Below are positions 59,926-64,000 of a stretch of DNA of 64,000 nt, one piece after another; the first letter of the stretch is position 1, and every line of letters starts with the position of its first letter. Source of the DNA: an uncultured Verrucomicrobiae bacterium. GTDB lineage: Bacteria; Verrucomicrobiota; Verrucomicrobiia; Chthoniobacterales; Chthoniobacteraceae. The position numbers were made by a program, and so were the translations under genes. Under the pieces are notes generated by a model. That model was given only the letters and a program-made list of their open reading frames with translations. It had not been told where the DNA came from and searched no databases. The stretch is from contig CAWHEP010000008.1 of NCBI GenBank assembly GCA_963828525.1, positions 1 to 64,000 of the forward strand, written 5' to 3'.

Positions 59926-62827
59926 CTCCTTGCCCTGAGCGGTAGAGTGATGTGTCTATCGCTGCTGCCATCGCTGGCCTGTTAAGAGCGCCCCCTACGA
60001 AATCGGCAATCTGATCAGCAGCGAGGCTGGGATTCTCGAGCACCCATCTGTGACTAAGCCGCAACATTTGAACGCGCTCAGTCGCGGCGAGAAGTTGGCG
60101 GCTTCTGCGAAGAAGTCGTTCGTATGCTGGACGCAGAGTAGCGGGATCGGCAGCCGTTTGTCCTGAGCGCTCCAGCATTTTCCGCTGCGAAGCGAAGACC
60201 TCTTCAAGATTTCGCTCGATAAGCAGTATCTTATAGAGGTACGAGCTGGAGAGATGAGGTAGCAGAGGAAGCACCACCTTCACTGCCTTGCCGACAGCGG
60301 CGGAAAGGAAAGAAGAGTCCCTGGCAATGGACTTCACCGCTTCCATCTCAAAGTAGCCATTCGGATTATCGGGATCGGCAACGCGCGCGCTGTCGGTAAG
60401 AGGTTCGATGCCGCCTGCCGCGAGCATTTGCATCAGGAGGGACGTGCCTGAGCGAGGCAGGCCTGTTACAAGTGTTATCGTCTCTCCTTCGAACCCCGGC
60501 TTATTGGGGGTTAATAGCTGCGGCGCAAAATCCACGGAGTCGAAAGTTCCACTGCCACTCTGCGACTTGTGAGCGGGGATCTGAACGGAAGGCCGCTCTG
60601 CAAGAGTCGTCTCCCCGCGGGCCACAGCCAACGCCTGCTCGCGAAACGCGCGCGCGTTTTCCAGATGCCAGGCAGCGCTGTCCGGGTCCTGAACCTTTAA
60701 AAGCCGGGCGAGCCGCAGATGAGCTGGCCAAAACGCCGGGTTGAGGGCCACCGTGGCTTCGAAAGCAAGAGTAGCGCGATCCGAGTGCCCCAGACGCAGC
60801 ATTGCAATCCCAAGAAGAAAATGGGCGAAAGGGTAGAAGTGCAACAGATTAATGGCGTTGAGAGCCGCGCCCGCTGCTTCATCCCATCTTCTCAGCGCGA
60901 GAAGGCACCGGGCCTGACCTACAAATCCATGCGGATTGTGGGGATCCAACTGCAGCGCCCTTTCAAAGGCCGCGAGGCCTTCATCCCACTTTCCCAGGAG
61001 CTGCCATGCTTGCCCGATTTGCAGGTATAGTCCTGGATCTTTACGCATCCCTTTTTCGGCCTCCTTCAGATGCGCCAACGCTTCCACGGGCTTTTTCTCC
61101 GCGATAGCCAGTACCCCGCGCAGAAAATCCAATCCCCGCATATTGAGGCTCCCCACCTGAAAAAGCTTGTTCATCTTCTCCGCTTCCTCGGGAGTGATCG
61201 GAGACTCGGGACTTGCGGCCTCGCCATCCCGGAGCGCGGACTCTGCGCCGTCTCCTCTTTCCAATTCTTTTTTTGCTTTTGCTCGTTCGACGACCTGTCT
61301 GCGCAATTCTGCTAATTCGGCACGGGCGCTTTCCGCGGCAGCTTTCTTGCTGTCCAGCGCCTCCACCACGCGCCGGAGTTCGACCACTCTTCCCAGCGAC
61401 TTGCAGCACATGGCCAGTCGAAGGAAGAAGCGGTATCCGTCCGGCCACTCTACTGTGAGTTCCCTGAGAATCGGCAGAGCCTCGATCTCCTTGCCGCCGT
61501 CTATAAGGGCTTCAGCCAGATTGATCCGCAGCTCACGCTCAGCCTCGGCGACCGCCTGCTTTATGTTGTCTGGAGGACGCTGCACGTATCCCAGCGCAAT
61601 AAGCTGTTCGAGAGCAGCGCGTTCGCTCTCTGGATCCAGTTTCAAATCAGCGGGATGCCGTCCGTCATCTCCGATCATCGCATCCCAGCTCGCGATGAAG
61701 CGAACGGCTGGCGGCTGCTCCCAAGCCGCAAGGAGAGGTCGCCCGTCCATGTCCTCTCCCACCGGAAGATCCTCCAGAGCCAGCAAGGTGGGGGTGATAT
61801 CCAGGACACTGGCCCCGTGAAGGAGTTCATCTTTTCTGATGCCTGGCCCGCTGATCACCAGTATGCCGAAATCGCGGTGCTCATCCGCCGGGCCAGCGGG
61901 AATGGGGGCGATCGCGGCAGGCAGCAGGTCATCGGGATGAAAACCGTGGTCCGACAGCAGAATCACAGTGGTGTCCGCTCCTGCTTTTGCCAGCAGAGAG
62001 CCGAGCATCATGTCGTGAAACCGCGCGGCTTGAGACATCACACGGCTGTAAAGTTCGAAATCCCGGTCGGAGACATGGTCGCGCTTCGGGGGATGATAGC
62101 TCATGAAGCCATGGGCAAAGTGATCCATAGCATCGAAATATACCGCCATGTAGTCCCACTCGGAATTTTCGATGAGCCACGTTGCCCAGCTCTGGATCGT
62201 TACAGCCTCCGCGAGCGTCATCATGCACTTGGCCAGACGCGGGTCGTTCTTCTGATCAATCTCACTTGCTCTCGGGATGAAGGGTTCCAGCATGGTGTGG
62301 TGGAACTCGTTCGGGTTGAACCGCAACTCCGCAAGAGTGTCCACGAGGTTTGGCGGATGCATGCCGCCTGGAGGAACGGGCCAAGGCTGATCCTCGGGGC
62401 CGATCGCGCGATGGCAGAAGTTGGAAATCATCACGCCGTTAATCGGTTCGGCGGGGTGGCTGGGCCACCAGCCAATGACGTTCCCGCGCCAGCCTTGCTG
62501 ATGGAAGATATTCCAGAAAGCTTTGCTCTTGCGGCTAAGACCGCTCACCGGACGAACGTTCGTTCCATCAGGCACAGGCTCTGAAAAGCCAAGAACGCCG
62601 TGCTTATAGGGGCGTTTACCCGTAGCAATCGATGTCCACACCATTGGAGAATACACGGGCCGGATCGTGGAAATCTGGCCCATGCACCCGGATTCGACCA
62701 AAGCGGACAGATGGGGCATCTCTCCTGCTTCCATAAGCGGGTTGAGAAGCTTCCAATCCGCAGCATCCCAGCCGACAAGGAGAAGTTTTCGTGGGGGTCT
62801 CACACTATTGGAATGAACACGTAACAA
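59918..62827 (-). CDS. alkaline-phosphatase-superfamily domain, TPR repeats and sulfotransferase domain in one fusion protein
   Basis: GWDAADW, SPMVWTSIATG, DAMDHFAH, SDHGF and LIALGY motifs, then TPR-like helices, then VTGLPRSGTSLLMQML (PAPS-binding 5'-PSB loop). Confidence 0.87.
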   Translation of the reverse strand: MLRVHSNSVRPPRKLLLVGWDAADWKLLNPLMEAGEMPHLSALVESGCMGQISTIRPVYSPMVWTSIATGKRPYKHGVLGFSEPVPDGTNVRPVSGLSRKSKAFWNIFHQQGWRGNVIGWWPSHPAEPINGVMISNFCHRAIGPEDQPWPVPPGGMHPPNLVDTLAELRFNPNEFHHTMLEPFIPRASEIDQKNDPRLAKCMMTLAEAVTIQSWATWLIENSEWDYMAVYFDAMDHFAHGFMSYHPPKRDHVSDRDFELYSRVMSQAARFHDMMLGSLLAKAGADTTVILLSDHGFHPDDLLPAAIAPIPAGPADEHRDFGILVISGPGIRKDELLHGASVLDITPTLLALEDLPVGEDMDGRPLLAAWEQPPAVRFIASWDAMIGDDGRHPADLKLDPESERAALEQLIALGYVQRPPDNIKQAVAEAERELRINLAEALIDGGKEIEALPILRELTVEWPDGYRFFLRLAMCCKSLGRVVELRRVVEALDSKKAAAESARAELAELRRQVVERAKAKKELERGDGAESALRDGEAASPESPITPEEAEKMNKLFQVGSLNMRGLDFLRGVLAIAEKKPVEALAHLKEAEKGMRKDPGLYLQIGQAWQLLGKWDEGLAAFERALQLDPHNPHGFVGQARCLLALRRWDEAAGAALNAINLLHFYPFAHFLLGIAMLRLGHSDRATLAFEATVALNPAFWPAHLRLARLLKVQDPDSAAWHLENARAFREQALAVARGETTLAERPSVQIPAHKSQSGSGTFDSVDFAPQLLTPNKPGFEGETITLVTGLPRSGTSLLMQMLAAGGIEPLTDSARVADPDNPNGYFEMEAVKSIARDSSFLSAAVGKAVKVVLPLLPHLSSSYLYKILLIERNLEEVFASQRKMLERSGQTAADPATLRPAYERLLRRSRQLLAATERVQMLRLSHRWVLENPSLAADQIADFVGGALNRPAMAAAIDTSLYRSGQGAK

Positions 62828-62964
62828 TCAGGACGCAGAGCAAATTCGACAAGAAGAACCTGTATTGAATAAAAAAAACATGAATTTCAGAAATAACTCT
62901 TGTGCCTTTTGAATAAATCCACTAAAGCTTGATTGTTACCCAACCTACACCACCCCGACTCTCT

Positions 62965-63798
62965 ATGGAAAATTCCAATTTTGACCTGCGCTGGAGCGAA
63001 TACGCTGTCAGCACCCGTTCCCTCACCAGCACTGTAGCCCGTCCCGCAGCTGTGGGGGGAATGCTCGCCGCTGCCGGTGCCGCCGTTTTCACAATTCCAA
63101 GTCATGCGAATGCCGGGGTTGTCTACACGCCGGTAAACCAAACGAAGACGTGGTCGCACGGCACGTCGACCGTGGGAGCCGCAAACAACTTCCAATTCGC
63201 GGGTTTTTCCGCCACTGGCGCTCACCCTACCATCGGGGGCGTTAAGGCTGAGATCGGCTCCAATCAGGCGATTTTGCTGAACGCGAGCGGTGGCGTTATG
63301 AAGTTAAAAGCGGGCTCGGCCATCGGGAGCGCACAGTTCGCGGTTCCCGGGCGCGCCGGAACGGCTAATAAGCCGGGGTTCCTCGGTGCCAACGGTCAGT
63401 TTGCGCTCAAGGCGCTGAATGGCGGAGTGACGACTGCCGGAACATGGTCCGGCAATATCAACAATCAGTATTACGCGGGTGTAAGGAATTACGATCCCGT
63501 AAGCCATAACACCTTCTACGGCTACATCACACTGAAGTTTGGCAACGATGGGAATACAGCGCCCGGAGACGGGCTTGGAATAGCTTCCACGAACCCGGAC
63601 TCATTCACCTTGGTCTCGGACGCGTTTAACAATGCGCCGATCAATGGCGGTCAAACGACCGACATCGGAGCGGGTGCCCTGAACCCGGTGCCTGAGGCAA
63701 GCAACGTCGTAACGGCTTTGATGCTCCTCGCGTGCGCGGGTGGTTCACTGACTTCATGGCGCCGGAGCCGGAAAGTCTCGACCGCGGTCGCGGCCTGA
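62965..63798 (+). CDS. PEP-CTERM (exosortase target) surface protein
   Basis: Extended signal ending SHANA, a G/N/T/A-rich body and a C-terminal VPEA, TM segment and WRRSRK. Confidence 0.85.
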   Translation: MENSNFDLRWSEYAVSTRSLTSTVARPAAVGGMLAAAGAAVFTIPSHANAGVVYTPVNQTKTWSHGTSTVGAANNFQFAGFSATGAHPTIGGVKAEIGSNQAILLNASGGVMKLKAGSAIGSAQFAVPGRAGTANKPGFLGANGQFALKALNGGVTTAGTWSGNINNQYYAGVRNYDPVSHNTFYGYITLKFGNDGNTAPGDGLGIASTNPDSFTLVSDAFNNAPINGGQTTDIGAGALNPVPEASNVVTALMLLACAGGSLTSWRRSRKVSTAVAA

Positions 63799-63874
63799 TC
63801 TCTTTTGCAGACTCCCGCAAGGCGGGGAACAGAGTTCAAAGAACGGCTTGAAACAGATACCGTTTGTGTAAAGT

Positions 63875-63903
63875 AAGCCCCGCCTCTGCGGGGCTTCTTT
63901 TTT
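63875..63903 (+). terminator. Rho-independent terminator
   Basis: AAGCCCCGC-CTCT-GCGGGGCTT followed by CTTTTTT. Confidence 0.85.
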
Positions 63904-64000
63904 GACATTATGATCGGACGACTCTGGATGGCGGTTGTGGCTCGCGTCATTCTCGCCATCCAATCCATCAATAATATCCACCGCGAGCTGCCCCTTTGGC

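Noticed and set aside
63904..64000. Possible 3' end of a minus-strand gene at the window edge
   Set aside because: Too short to support, and the open frames run through the terminator.
1..64000. CRISPR arrays, tRNA/rRNA genes, transposases, prophage or defence genes
   Set aside because: No spaced direct-repeat array, RNA gene signature or such protein motifs were seen by eye. tRNAscan-SE and Infernal would be needed to exclude small RNAs.

Overview
A 64-kb window of ordinary core chromosome, GC roughly 58-60%. The organism is most likely Verrucomicrobiota (Chthoniobacterales/Spartobacteria-like), inferred from the PEP-CTERM and autotransporter-repeat proteins, guaB3, folE2, the Pur-alpha homolog and the ACIII gene order. 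Many conserved genes are split by single-base indels (ppdK, acpP, GH125, the GH-GT2 fusion, the ccoN-like gene, actF, both aldo/keto reductases). These look like long-read sequencing errors rather than true pseudogenes. Housekeeping genes include ppdK, guaB3, aroC, acpP, queA, hemL, proB, pgm, lnt, folE2, thyA, folA and a PhoH-family gene. The window also has an ExbB/ExbD/TonB cluster, two glycoside hydrolases and an ~18.6-kb respiratory cluster: alternative complex III (actABCDEF plus actG-like), a ccoN/ccoO/cytochrome c module, an aa3-type oxidase and assembly factors. The most unusual signals are: (1) a CcoN-like subunit that has lost 5 of 6 heme/CuB histidines, placed between ACIII and an A-family oxidase that lacks the K-channel lysine; (2) a soluble anti-sigma/LOV-like PAS fusion facing an ECF sigma factor just upstream of that cluster; (3) an AlkP-superfamily/TPR/sulfotransferase fusion divergent from a PEP-CTERM protein; (4) a hybrid kinase with every catalytic motif degenerate; (5) an ExbD with Asn in place of the essential Asp. 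No rRNA, tRNA, CRISPR array or transposase was seen.
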